DNA of 64,000 nucleotides from Thaumarchaeota archaeon UBA223 (lineage in GTDB: Archaea; Thermoproteota; Nitrososphaeria; Nitrososphaerales; UBA57). The position numbers and the translations under genes were made by a program. This document shows, piece by piece, positions 28,171 through 36,635 of the stretch (position 1 is the first letter of the stretch; each line of letters starts with the position of its first letter). The notes below the pieces were generated by a model. The model worked only from the letters and a program-made list of their open reading frames with translations, searched no databases and was not told the origin of the DNA. The stretch is taken from positions 21,995 to 85,994 of the forward strand of contig DAHJ01000025.1 of NCBI GenBank assembly GCA_002495905.1. Direction: 5' to 3'.

Positions 28171-29592
28171 ATGATGATATCAAGAAAGATATTGTTGTTG
28201 TTATTGACATTGCCTGTTATTTTAGGATTAATAATAGGTTATCAAATAACGAACGACGAAGGCAAAGGGCAAGAAGAATTGATTGTAGATAGTTGTAACC
28301 TTAGAACTGAGAATAGTAATAATTACATCAAAGAATATCTAATTCCAACTAAATGTTCTGCGCCTGTAGCAATAACAATTGATAAAGAAGGCATAATATG
28401 GTTTATTGAAAACAATAATAGCAAACTAGTTTCATTTAATCCAGATGAGAATTCATTTATCGGATATCAAATTTCAGAACATTATGTAAATGTACAATCT
28501 TGGAGTATTATTGCGGTAAATAACGAAATATGGTTTACGGATCATCAAAATAATCTAGTATGGAAATACACTAAATCAGAAAATAAATTTGAATATTATA
28601 AACTATTAACAGAAAATTCTTATCCGGTACAAATATTAAATAATAAAAATCAAATGATTGTATCCGAAATATTTGGAAAGAAGATTGCAATATTAGAAAT
28701 AGATCAATTAGTAACAAATACAACTAATGGGATAAATGAAATTTCTCCAGAAATAGACTTGGATGTATTAGGAGGAATAGCAATAGATGATGATGGTAGA
28801 ATATGGTATACAATGCTTACATGGCCAATCGAAGGACATTTAGGAAGTTACAAAGATGGAAAATTTACTTCATATAAATTACCGGAAGAGATATCATCGC
28901 CAGTTGGGATTTCAATTAGAGAAAATCAAATATGGATTAATGATCATGGTTCTAGTCAATTTTTATTATTTAATCTTGACAATAATACATTTACAAACTA
29001 TGTAACATCTTCAAGTAAATCAGAATTCACAACAACATTACCATACTGGAATAAATTTGACAATAATGGGAATATTTGGATGAATGTTCATCAATCAAAT
29101 ACTATAGCGAAAATGGATGTGGAAAGAGGTATATTGATTGAATATGAAATACCTACAAGAAATTTTGATTGGGGAGGAATATCAAATCCACTTCAATTCG
29201 ATATAGATGGGCAAGGAAATATTTGGTTTACAGAATGGACCGAGAACAAAATTGCAATACTGAATGCCAATAAACCATTGGGATTTGATATTGAAGTATC
29301 AACTAGAGAGATATCCATAGACAATAATGAAATGGAGGAAATTATACTGACAATAGATCCTAAGAAAGAATTGAATGCTGAAATAAAAATGACCGGAACC
29401 TTCAACAAAAATGGAGTAATAAGTAATATCTCAATAACATTTGATCAAATCGAAAAGGAATTAAATGTAAAAAAAGAAGTTCCAATTTTAATAAAACCGG
29501 ATAATCTATCAAGTGGAGTATATACAATTATGATAAGCGTAGAGAGTGAAGAAATTACTCAATCAATTCCAATAAAATTAATTATGAAATAA
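28171..29592 (+). CDS. secreted/anchored beta-propeller protein (Vgb-lyase/COG4257-like repeats) with C-terminal Ig-like domain
   Basis: 473 aa. N-terminal TM/signal sequence. Six or more repeats, each centred on IW(F/Y/I/M)(T/I/N): IWFIENNNSKL, IWFTDHQNNL, IWYTMLT, IWINDHGSS, IWMNVHQSN, IWFTEWTENK. Confidence 0.6.
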   Translation: MMISRKILLLLLTLPVILGLIIGYQITNDEGKGQEELIVDSCNLRTENSNNYIKEYLIPTKCSAPVAITIDKEGIIWFIENNNSKLVSFNPDENSFIGYQISEHYVNVQSWSIIAVNNEIWFTDHQNNLVWKYTKSENKFEYYKLLTENSYPVQILNNKNQMIVSEIFGKKIAILEIDQLVTNTTNGINEISPEIDLDVLGGIAIDDDGRIWYTMLTWPIEGHLGSYKDGKFTSYKLPEEISSPVGISIRENQIWINDHGSSQFLLFNLDNNTFTNYVTSSSKSEFTTTLPYWNKFDNNGNIWMNVHQSNTIAKMDVERGILIEYEIPTRNFDWGGISNPLQFDIDGQGNIWFTEWTENKIAILNANKPLGFDIEVSTREISIDNNEMEEIILTIDPKKELNAEIKMTGTFNKNGVISNISITFDQIEKELNVKKEVPILIKPDNLSSGVYTIMISVESEEITQSIPIKLIMK

Positions 29593-29597
29593 TTGTA

Positions 29598-29673
29598 TGG
29601 GGCGAGGGAGATTTGAACTCCCGATCACTTGCTCCCAAAGCAAACATCTTAGACCAGACTAGACAACCGCCCC
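29598..29673 (-). tRNA. tRNA-Pro(UGG), intron-less
   Basis: Minus-strand read: GGGGCGG-TT-GTCT-AGTCTGGTCTA-AGAT-G-TTTGC-TTTGGGA-GCAAG-TGATC-GGGAG-TTCAAAT-CTCCC-TCGCCCC-A. 76 nt, no encoded CCA. Confidence 0.9.
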
Positions 29674-29775
29674 AATAACACATAATCATTAATATAAAAA
29701 AGGATATCGAGATTTGAAAGAATTAGGTCAAAATATGTTAAGCTTTATATCCAATTTTTATTTATATAGTATATC

Positions 29776-31863
29776 TTGTCAACAATGCCTTACAAAACAT
29801 CAAAAAGAGTAAGGACAATATATTCGGTTATTGCGTCCTCAAATCGTTTAGACATATTGAGAATATTGAATTCTAAGGGTCCTTTAAGTTATTCTGAATT
29901 AAAGACACTGGCAGGATTTAAATCGAAAAAAGAGTCAGGTAAATTTGCATATCATTTAAGAAAACTAGTAAAACAAATGTTGGTCACATTAAATAGATCA
30001 GAAAGGAGATATAATGTAACAAATCTAGGAAGATTAATTCTGAATTTAACAAGGCAAATAGAAGAACAAAGTGTAATAGAAAGTGGAAAGATCTATGTTA
30101 GAACATCAAAAGAGATGATGGAAGAATTCAAGCCAGATAAGATTTTACAAGCATTGGTAAAAGAGGCAGGAATGCCTGTAGATTTAGCGCAAAAAATGAC
30201 AAGTGAAGCTGAAGCAAGGTTATATAAATTTCAAACAAGTTACCTTACTGCTCCGCTAATAAGAGAAATAGTAAATGCATTGTTAATTGAGCACGGATAT
30301 GAAGAATATAGACACAAATTAACGAGAATTGGTCTTCCAATTCATGATGTTACACAGATGTTAAAACAAAGTACAAGAAGTGACAATGGAGTATCGTCAT
30401 TAGTTACACAAACCTCAAAAGAAGTATTTTCTGAATATCTTCTACTAAATCAATTATCAAGAGATGTAACTGATGCGCATTTATCAGGAGATATACATAT
30501 TTCCAATTTAGGAGTTTGGGGTTTAAAGCCAGATACTGCTTTTGTGAATCTGAGTTCACTGCCAGTACAAGGAATAAAGGTGAAAGGAAAATTACTCAGT
30601 TCAGTAAAGATCAATAAAGCAGAAAATTTTTCAGACAGTATTGCGAATATAGTTCTACTTACAACAGAATTAAGTAAAGAAATAAACATAGAAATAGCAT
30701 ACAACAATTTTATAGATTATATAATTAATTTTATTGATAACAAAGCTTCTAATTCAAAAGATAGTCTAGTGCAAATGTTCAAAATGATTTCACAAGTAGT
30801 ATCTGATGGCACTAGTCCATTTGTATCACTAAATCTAAACGTCCAAAAAAATTCTAAAATCGAGAATAAACAACTAGTAAAATTATATAAATTAATTTTA
30901 GAGAGTTATGAGGAATATATACAAACCATAGCAATACCAAAAATAACATTAATATTGCCATTAATTGATTCAAAGAATCCAGAATTAAGTAAGAAGTTAT
31001 TTACAATCATAAAGAAAGGAGGTTATATTGCAATAAATAATGATGTAAAGAATAATTTTTCTTATACAGGAATAAATAAATCAATGATTAAAAATTCTGC
31101 AGGAGGAAATATTGTCCTACATGCAGTTTCAATAAATCTACCAAGACTTGCATACGAATCAAATAAAGATGATACATATTTTAGAGCAAAAGTGAATTTA
31201 ATATTAAAAACTGCAATTTCAGCATTATCTACTAGAAGAGAAATAATAGATGACATGACAGGAAAGGGTTTGTTGCCATTATTGAACATAAATACTGGAA
31301 TAATTTCTAGTCAAAAAATTCCACTCATAATTAATTTTACAGGCTTAGATGAAGCAATAGATAGTCTTTTAGGCACAAAATCAACTTCAAAAGAAAGAGG
31401 AAAGCTAGCTGGAAAAATCATAGATACGGCTATGGAGGAGATTACAAATTCAGGGAAGAAATTAGGAGAGGAATTCGGATTATCGTCTATTGTAGATGAC
31501 TCGGCAAAGAGATTTACAGATATTGATATAGAGAAATTTGGTAAGGCTCGAGTAATTAATAAATCAGATTCTAAAGAATATCAACAATCCATAATACTTG
31601 ATCTAGACGAACAAGAAAAAATTAATGAAGTAAATACTTATGTAAATAAATTTAAAGGCGGTTATTCTGTATACATAGATACTACAAATTCAACAATTAA
31701 GAATTTTCAAGAAATAACGAATAAAATATCACAAAAAATTGGATTTTTCAAATATCATTGTAAATTAAAAGTGTGTATTTCTTGTGCGTATAAGAATATC
31801 CATAATACAGAAAAATGCAGTAATTGTAATTCAACATCATTACAGGAATATCCGGTAAATTAA
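29776..31863 (+). CDS. wHTH + ATP-cone + degenerate class III RNR (NrdD-like) domain protein lacking catalytic Cys and glycyl-radical motif; putative nucleotide-sensing regulator
   Basis: 695 aa. N-terminal ArsR-like wHTH (NRLDILRILNSKGPLSYSELK...FAYHLRKL). ATP-cone (KIYVRTSKEMMEEFKPDKILQALV...). NrdD landmarks AHLSGDIHISNLG, SINLPRLAYES and NFTGLDEA. The first Cys is at residue 662. The C-terminus has only C-x4-C-x2-C-x10-C-x2-C. TTG start in the track; an ATG at 29785 is an alternative. Confidence 0.65.
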   Translation: MSTMPYKTSKRVRTIYSVIASSNRLDILRILNSKGPLSYSELKTLAGFKSKKESGKFAYHLRKLVKQMLVTLNRSERRYNVTNLGRLILNLTRQIEEQSVIESGKIYVRTSKEMMEEFKPDKILQALVKEAGMPVDLAQKMTSEAEARLYKFQTSYLTAPLIREIVNALLIEHGYEEYRHKLTRIGLPIHDVTQMLKQSTRSDNGVSSLVTQTSKEVFSEYLLLNQLSRDVTDAHLSGDIHISNLGVWGLKPDTAFVNLSSLPVQGIKVKGKLLSSVKINKAENFSDSIANIVLLTTELSKEINIEIAYNNFIDYIINFIDNKASNSKDSLVQMFKMISQVVSDGTSPFVSLNLNVQKNSKIENKQLVKLYKLILESYEEYIQTIAIPKITLILPLIDSKNPELSKKLFTIIKKGGYIAINNDVKNNFSYTGINKSMIKNSAGGNIVLHAVSINLPRLAYESNKDDTYFRAKVNLILKTAISALSTRREIIDDMTGKGLLPLLNINTGIISSQKIPLIINFTGLDEAIDSLLGTKSTSKERGKLAGKIIDTAMEEITNSGKKLGEEFGLSSIVDDSAKRFTDIDIEKFGKARVINKSDSKEYQQSIILDLDEQEKINEVNTYVNKFKGGYSVYIDTTNSTIKNFQEITNKISQKIGFFKYHCKLKVCISCAYKNIHNTEKCSNCNSTSLQEYPVN

Positions 31864-32215
31864 ATTATTTTTATAACTAGGAAGTCATAAACAGTTGACA
31901 GAGTAATTCTATATTAACAAAAAACAAAGCCCAAAATAAACAGATTGAATCAATTAACAGGTATTTTCATGTATAGAATAAGTATTGAGTTATTCAATTG
32001 AAAAATTTTTTGTCAATAAAGTTTACCACATTATTTCTTATACAAATTTATCTATAGAGTGATATGAATAGAACAATTTTTAATTGTAATAAAAAAGAAA
32101 TACAGAAAATTAATTTAATCGACAATCACTTAATAGATGTTAATTCACCGGATAAAATGATAAATGCTCATATACTTGTAGTACATAGTAAATTGTCCTA
32201 ATGGGGTTTTGAGTT

Positions 32216-34618
32216 TTGGAAATTAATGATATTTTATCTGAAAATGTAATGAAGGTCTTGAAAGCAAGATATTTATTAAAATTCGAAGATGGTAGACAAG
32301 AAAGTCCAGATGAATTATTTCTAAGGGTTGCAGGAGCAATAGCAAGCGCAGATGAAGAATATCAAGATTTTGATAGTAAAGAATCAAAAGAAATATTTTA
32401 TAAAATGATGAAAAATTTCGAATTTTTGCCAAATTCGCCTACTTTGATGAATGCAGGAGCGCCATTAGGTCAATTATCAGCCTGTTTCGTATTACCTGTG
32501 GAAGATGAAACAAGCTCAATAATGGACGCAGTGAAGACACAAGCAATAGTACAGAAAACAGGAGGAGGAACAGGTTTTTCATTCTCAAAATTAAGACCTG
32601 AAGGAGATCAAGTTGGATCAACAGGTTCTGTAGCATCTGGACCCGTATCATTTATGCAATTATTTGATAAATGTACACAAGTGATTAAACAAGGAGGAAA
32701 AAGACGAGGGGCAAATATGGGAATAGTAAATATAGAACATCCTGATGTTTTAGAGTTCATTGAAATGAAAAGAAACAACATGAAACTTCCAGAAGAAGCA
32801 AAAATTATGAAAGAATTCAACGTATCAGTAGCAATAACTGATGATTTTATGAGCAGGTTAGAAAAGGAAGACTATCATAAATTTATCAATCCAAGAACAG
32901 GAGAAGAAGTTTTGAAATGTAACAAATGTAGAAAAAATGTTTTTCCAAAACAAAACCAAGCAGAGTGCAGTCTATGCGATGGGAAAGGAGAAAGAATAAA
33001 GGCTAAAGAATTATGGGGAAAGATTATTGATTGTGCATGGGAATGTGCAGATCCTGGATTAATTTTCATAGATAAAATAAACAACAGTAATTCAAATCCT
33101 GTAAGAGAACATTTCAAGATTGAATCAACAAACCCATGTGGAGAGGTACCGTTGTTACCAAATGAAAGTTGTAACTTAGGTTCGATAAATGTAGCGAAAT
33201 TTACAAATGAAGAAAATAATGATATTGATTGGGATAAACTTAGAGAGTGTACAAGAAATGCAATACATTTTCTTGATAACGTAGTTACAAAAAATCAATA
33301 TCCAACAAAAGAAATTGAAGAATTGTCACGTAACATGAGAAGACTAGGACTAGGAGTAATGGGATTAGCAGATTTATTGAGTAAATTAAAAATAAAATAT
33401 GGATCTGATGAATCATTTAGATTTTCAAGAAAGTTAATGAAATTTATTTCAGAAGTAGCATGGAAGATGTCTGAAGAATTAGCAGAGAATAGAGGAACAT
33501 TTCCATACTGGGACAAGAGTGATTTTGCAAAGATTGGAAGAAAAGTTAGAAACGTAAATTGTACAATAATTGCTCCTACAGGTTCAATAGGTACAATAGC
33601 AAATTGTTCTCCAGGAATAGAACCTCATTTTGCATTAGTATTCGTAAGACATTCTAGAATTAAAGAAAGAAGTGAAGAATTCGAGGAACTTCATTATTTG
33701 AATGAATCATTTGCGATAGCTCTAGAAGAACACAACATTAATCTCGATAAAGAAAAGATAAGCGAGATTTCTGCAAATGGAGGAAGTATTCAAAATCTAT
33801 CATGGATTCCAAGAGAAATAAAAGAAATGTTTCCAATTGCCGCTGATTTATCAGGAGAACAACATGTACTAATGCAATCAGCTTTTCAGGAATTTGTTGA
33901 TGATGGAGTAAGTAAAACAATCAACCTCGCAAATGAGGCTACAAAAGAAGATGTAAATAATTCTTATAGATTAGCTTATAATACTCATTGCAAAGGCATA
34001 ACAGTATATCGTGATGGTTGTTTAGATGTACAAGTATTGGAAACAGACAAAACAAAGAATTTAAGAGGAGATAATAAAGATAAACAATCTGCACATGTTT
34101 TACCAGGAGGATATAAGCGTCCTGAATATTTAGTAGGTAGAACTTATAGATTTACGTATACAAATAGTGGATTATTTATTACAATAAATAGAGATCAAGA
34201 AGGAAGACCAAGAGAAGTATTCATAGAAAGAGGCAAATCAGGCGATGAAGAAAAGGCAGCATATGAAGGTATGGGAAGACTAATCTCGATTGCATTGCAA
34301 TCCGATGTAGATGTAAAGGCAATAATTAAAACAATGCGAGGAATACAAACAAAGAATGTATCTTGGCATCAAACAAAAGGTACTAGCATACCAATTAGAT
34401 CAGTTCCAGATGCAGTTGCACATGCATTAGCTGATTCCATACATACAGAACCAGAAGTACCAATACCAGAAACAGAAGAAATAAAAAATGAATTATTAGA
34501 AATAACAGGATCTAGTTCAAATAACATGAGTAAATGTACTGCGTGTGGAGAAATGAGTTTAATTTATGCAGAAGGCTGCAGTAAATGTCTATCGTGTTCA
34601 TATTCCAGTTGTGGTTAG
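32216..34618 (+). CDS. nrdJ: adenosylcobalamin-dependent ribonucleotide reductase (class II)
   Basis: 800 aa. VLKARYLLK, PNSPTLMNAG, the SACFVLP loop, the active-site NPCGE and a C-terminal Cys-rich tail. TTG start in the track; ATG at 32249 (MKVLKARYLL) is a plausible true start. Confidence 0.93.
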   Translation: MEINDILSENVMKVLKARYLLKFEDGRQESPDELFLRVAGAIASADEEYQDFDSKESKEIFYKMMKNFEFLPNSPTLMNAGAPLGQLSACFVLPVEDETSSIMDAVKTQAIVQKTGGGTGFSFSKLRPEGDQVGSTGSVASGPVSFMQLFDKCTQVIKQGGKRRGANMGIVNIEHPDVLEFIEMKRNNMKLPEEAKIMKEFNVSVAITDDFMSRLEKEDYHKFINPRTGEEVLKCNKCRKNVFPKQNQAECSLCDGKGERIKAKELWGKIIDCAWECADPGLIFIDKINNSNSNPVREHFKIESTNPCGEVPLLPNESCNLGSINVAKFTNEENNDIDWDKLRECTRNAIHFLDNVVTKNQYPTKEIEELSRNMRRLGLGVMGLADLLSKLKIKYGSDESFRFSRKLMKFISEVAWKMSEELAENRGTFPYWDKSDFAKIGRKVRNVNCTIIAPTGSIGTIANCSPGIEPHFALVFVRHSRIKERSEEFEELHYLNESFAIALEEHNINLDKEKISEISANGGSIQNLSWIPREIKEMFPIAADLSGEQHVLMQSAFQEFVDDGVSKTINLANEATKEDVNNSYRLAYNTHCKGITVYRDGCLDVQVLETDKTKNLRGDNKDKQSAHVLPGGYKRPEYLVGRTYRFTYTNSGLFITINRDQEGRPREVFIERGKSGDEEKAAYEGMGRLISIALQSDVDVKAIIKTMRGIQTKNVSWHQTKGTSIPIRSVPDAVAHALADSIHTEPEVPIPETEEIKNELLEITGSSSNNMSKCTACGEMSLIYAEGCSKCLSCSYSSCG

Positions 34619-35550
34619 AAAGACGGATTTTCTGTAAAAATAAGATGTAGTAAAGTTGAACGAATTAATTTTCCAGCACTTACTTGATTAAAGTATTTTG
34701 CATACGGAGTATTATCAATTTCACCAGGTATTTCATCAGATCTTGGCATAGGATGAAGTAAAACAAGGTTTTCTTTTGCATTAGTAAGTAGATTGTTATC
34801 AATTTTATACGAACCTTTTACTCTTTCATACTCTTGTAAATCAGGAAAACGTTCTTTTTGAATTCGAGTAGTATAAATTACATCTAAATCAGAAATGATA
34901 TCTTGAAGATTTTCATGAACAGAAATATTTAGTGTATTTTTTAGTTCGATTAATGGGTCAGATCGAAGTTGAAGAGGTTTAGGAGAGACAAGATAGATAT
35001 TAGGTTTGTAATTAGATAGAGCGTATAAAAGAGAATAAACAGTTCGTCCGTATTTTAGATCTCCAAAGATTGCAATATTCAAGTTATCTACTTTTCCACA
35101 TTCATTCAGAATAGTATAAACATCCAACATTGCCTGTGTGGGATGTTCTTCGCTACCACTTCCGGCATTTATAATTGGGTTTTTACATATTTCGGAAGCA
35201 TATCTAGAAACGCCTTCACTAGCATGTCTTAATATTATAGCGTCCACGTATTGGTCCATCGTAAGTAAACTATCACTAAGATTTTCACCTTTTTGAGTAG
35301 ATGAATCAGATAAATTACCAAAGCTAATAGATTTGCCGCCCAAGGAATTCATTGCTGATTCAAAACTCAATCTAGTACGAGTACTAGGTTCAAGAAACAT
35401 TAGTCCAATTGATTTATTTTTTAACGAGTCATTAGGAAGAGATGTTTTAATTTCATTTGCAACATGAAACAAATAGTCTAAGTCAGGACGTTGAAAATCC
35501 TTTATCGAAACAATATCTCGGTTATAAAATGGATTTTTCAATCTTTTCAT
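34615..35550 (-). CDS. pyrB: aspartate carbamoyltransferase catalytic subunit
   Basis: STRTR, HPTQ and HPMPR motifs. The likely start is Met-12 (35550) of the tracked ORF. Its stop codon overlaps the nrdJ stop codon (convergent genes). Confidence 0.93.
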   Translation of the reverse strand: MKRLKNPFYNRDIVSIKDFQRPDLDYLFHVANEIKTSLPNDSLKNKSIGLMFLEPSTRTRLSFESAMNSLGGKSISFGNLSDSSTQKGENLSDSLLTMDQYVDAIILRHASEGVSRYASEICKNPIINAGSGSEEHPTQAMLDVYTILNECGKVDNLNIAIFGDLKYGRTVYSLLYALSNYKPNIYLVSPKPLQLRSDPLIELKNTLNISVHENLQDIISDLDVIYTTRIQKERFPDLQEYERVKGSYKIDNNLLTNAKENLVLLHPMPRSDEIPGEIDNTPYAKYFNQVSAGKLIRSTLLHLIFTENPSF

Positions 35551-35602
35551 TAGTTTATACACACATAAATATAAACGTTGCAAGAACTACAATTAACAGA
35601 AA

Positions 35603-36061
35603 ATGTCAGAAACTCATGATCTTAGAATAAATAGGATAAAACATGGAACTGTTTTAGATCATATTGTAGCAGGAAGGGCATTTAATGTATTATCGGCATT
35701 AGACATCAATGGTACTGATGGAAATCAAGTTTCGGTTGCAATGAATGTTTCTAGTAAACAGCATAAGAAAAAAGACATAATTAAAATTGAGAACAGGATA
35801 TTAGCAGTAGAAGAAACAAATCGTTTAGCATTGATAGCTCCACATTCAACAATTAATATTATTGAGAATTATGAGATAATCGAAAAGAGAAATGTAGAAT
35901 TACCTAAGAAATTCACAGGAGTATTCAAGTGTACAAATCCAACTTGTATTTCAAATTCAAATGAACCAATTATTTCAGAATTATTAATCATTAATCAAGA
36001 CCCGCCAAGTTTAAAATGTAAATATTGTACAAGAATTTCATTAACTGAAGAAATATTATAA
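35603..36061 (+). CDS. pyrI: aspartate carbamoyltransferase regulatory subunit
   Basis: 152 aa. IKHGTVLDHI, and a C-terminal zinc domain (CTNPTCIS...CKYC). Confidence 0.9.
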   Translation: MSETHDLRINRIKHGTVLDHIVAGRAFNVLSALDINGTDGNQVSVAMNVSSKQHKKKDIIKIENRILAVEETNRLALIAPHSTINIIENYEIIEKRNVELPKKFTGVFKCTNPTCISNSNEPIISELLIINQDPPSLKCKYCTRISLTEEIL

Positions 36062-36077
36062 CAGACTAGAATTAAGA

Positions 36078-36290
36078 TTGATTATAAATAAAATAATAAA
36101 AAAAATATTTAGATTTGTTCCAACAATTTTAGTTGCATTTTTTTTATTAGCTGGAGCAACATCGGGGATATACATATACGAAACTATTGATAGTCCTATA
36201 GCAATAATTATTCCATTTATATTACCAATAATAGGACTAATAATAGCAATCCTGTTAATAATTAGATTAGCTAAAATAATTAATTACTAA
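36078..36290 (+). CDS. small 2-TM membrane protein, hypothetical
   Basis: 70-aa ORF (non-ATG start in the track), extremely Ile-rich. It may be a chance ORF in AT-rich DNA. Confidence 0.3.
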   Translation: MIINKIIKKIFRFVPTILVAFFLLAGATSGIYIYETIDSPIAIIIPFILPIIGLIIAILLIIRLAKIINY

Positions 36291-36295
36291 TTATT

Positions 36296-36616
36296 CTAGC
36301 TTCCGAGAATTAACAGAGCAACAACTATTCCGTAGATAGCGATAGCTTCTGCAAGTGCAGTAATGATTAAACCTTGTGTTTTTAGGTTTTCATTTTCTGC
36401 AGCGGCAGCTAAACCAGCTGAACCTGCTCGTGCAATTGCCATACCAGCACCTAATGCTGCTCCAGCAAATGCAATACCTGCACTAAGGAATTTCATTCCT
36501 TCTGCTTCAGAGGATGCGCTTCCTTCTTCTTGTGCATATGCTAATGGTACAAATTGAAGGAATACTGTTGCGATTATTGTCAATATTATAAATGATATTT
36601 TGTAGTTCATTTTCAT
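36296..36616 (-). CDS. atpK: A-type ATP synthase proteolipid (subunit K/c) with N-terminal signal-like extension
   Basis: The C-terminal 66 aa form a Gly/Ala-rich helical hairpin with the carboxylate in ALAEAIAIYG. The first 40 aa look like a signal peptide (…VPLAYA/QEE). AGGAG lies 4 nt upstream of ATG 36616. An internal ATG at 36496 is the alternative start. Confidence 0.85.
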   Translation of the reverse strand: MKMNYKISFIILTIIATVFLQFVPLAYAQEEGSASSEAEGMKFLSAGIAFAGAALGAGMAIARAGSAGLAAAAENENLKTQGLIITALAEAIAIYGIVVALLILGS

Positions 36617-36635
36617 TAACTCCTAATGTTCATAA

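Noticed and set aside
29776-31863. Reading this gene as a functional anaerobic (class III) ribonucleotide reductase
   Set aside because: There is no Cys before residue 662, no glycyl-radical RVxGY motif and no adjacent activase. It also carries an N-terminal wHTH. It is called a degenerate NrdD-like domain protein instead.
31864-32215. Possible cobalamin riboswitch in the long nrdJ leader
   Set aside because: The region is almost pure A/T. I see no GC-rich B12-box-like core or paired helices, and riboswitches of this class are not expected in archaea.
32880-33010. Possible intein or mobile insertion in nrdJ (CNKCRK…CSLCDGKG segment)
   Set aside because: It is only about 35-40 aa with two CxxC pairs and no intein splicing blocks (no C/S…HN-C/S/T junctions, no homing-endonuclease motifs). 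It is interpreted as a zinc-ribbon insertion. The atpA and top6 genes are also of normal length.
36363-36557. Ala/Pro-rich 64-aa plus-strand ORF
   Set aside because: It is antisense to the Gly/Ala-rich atpK gene. GC-rich Ala codons read as Ala/Pro on the opposite strand.
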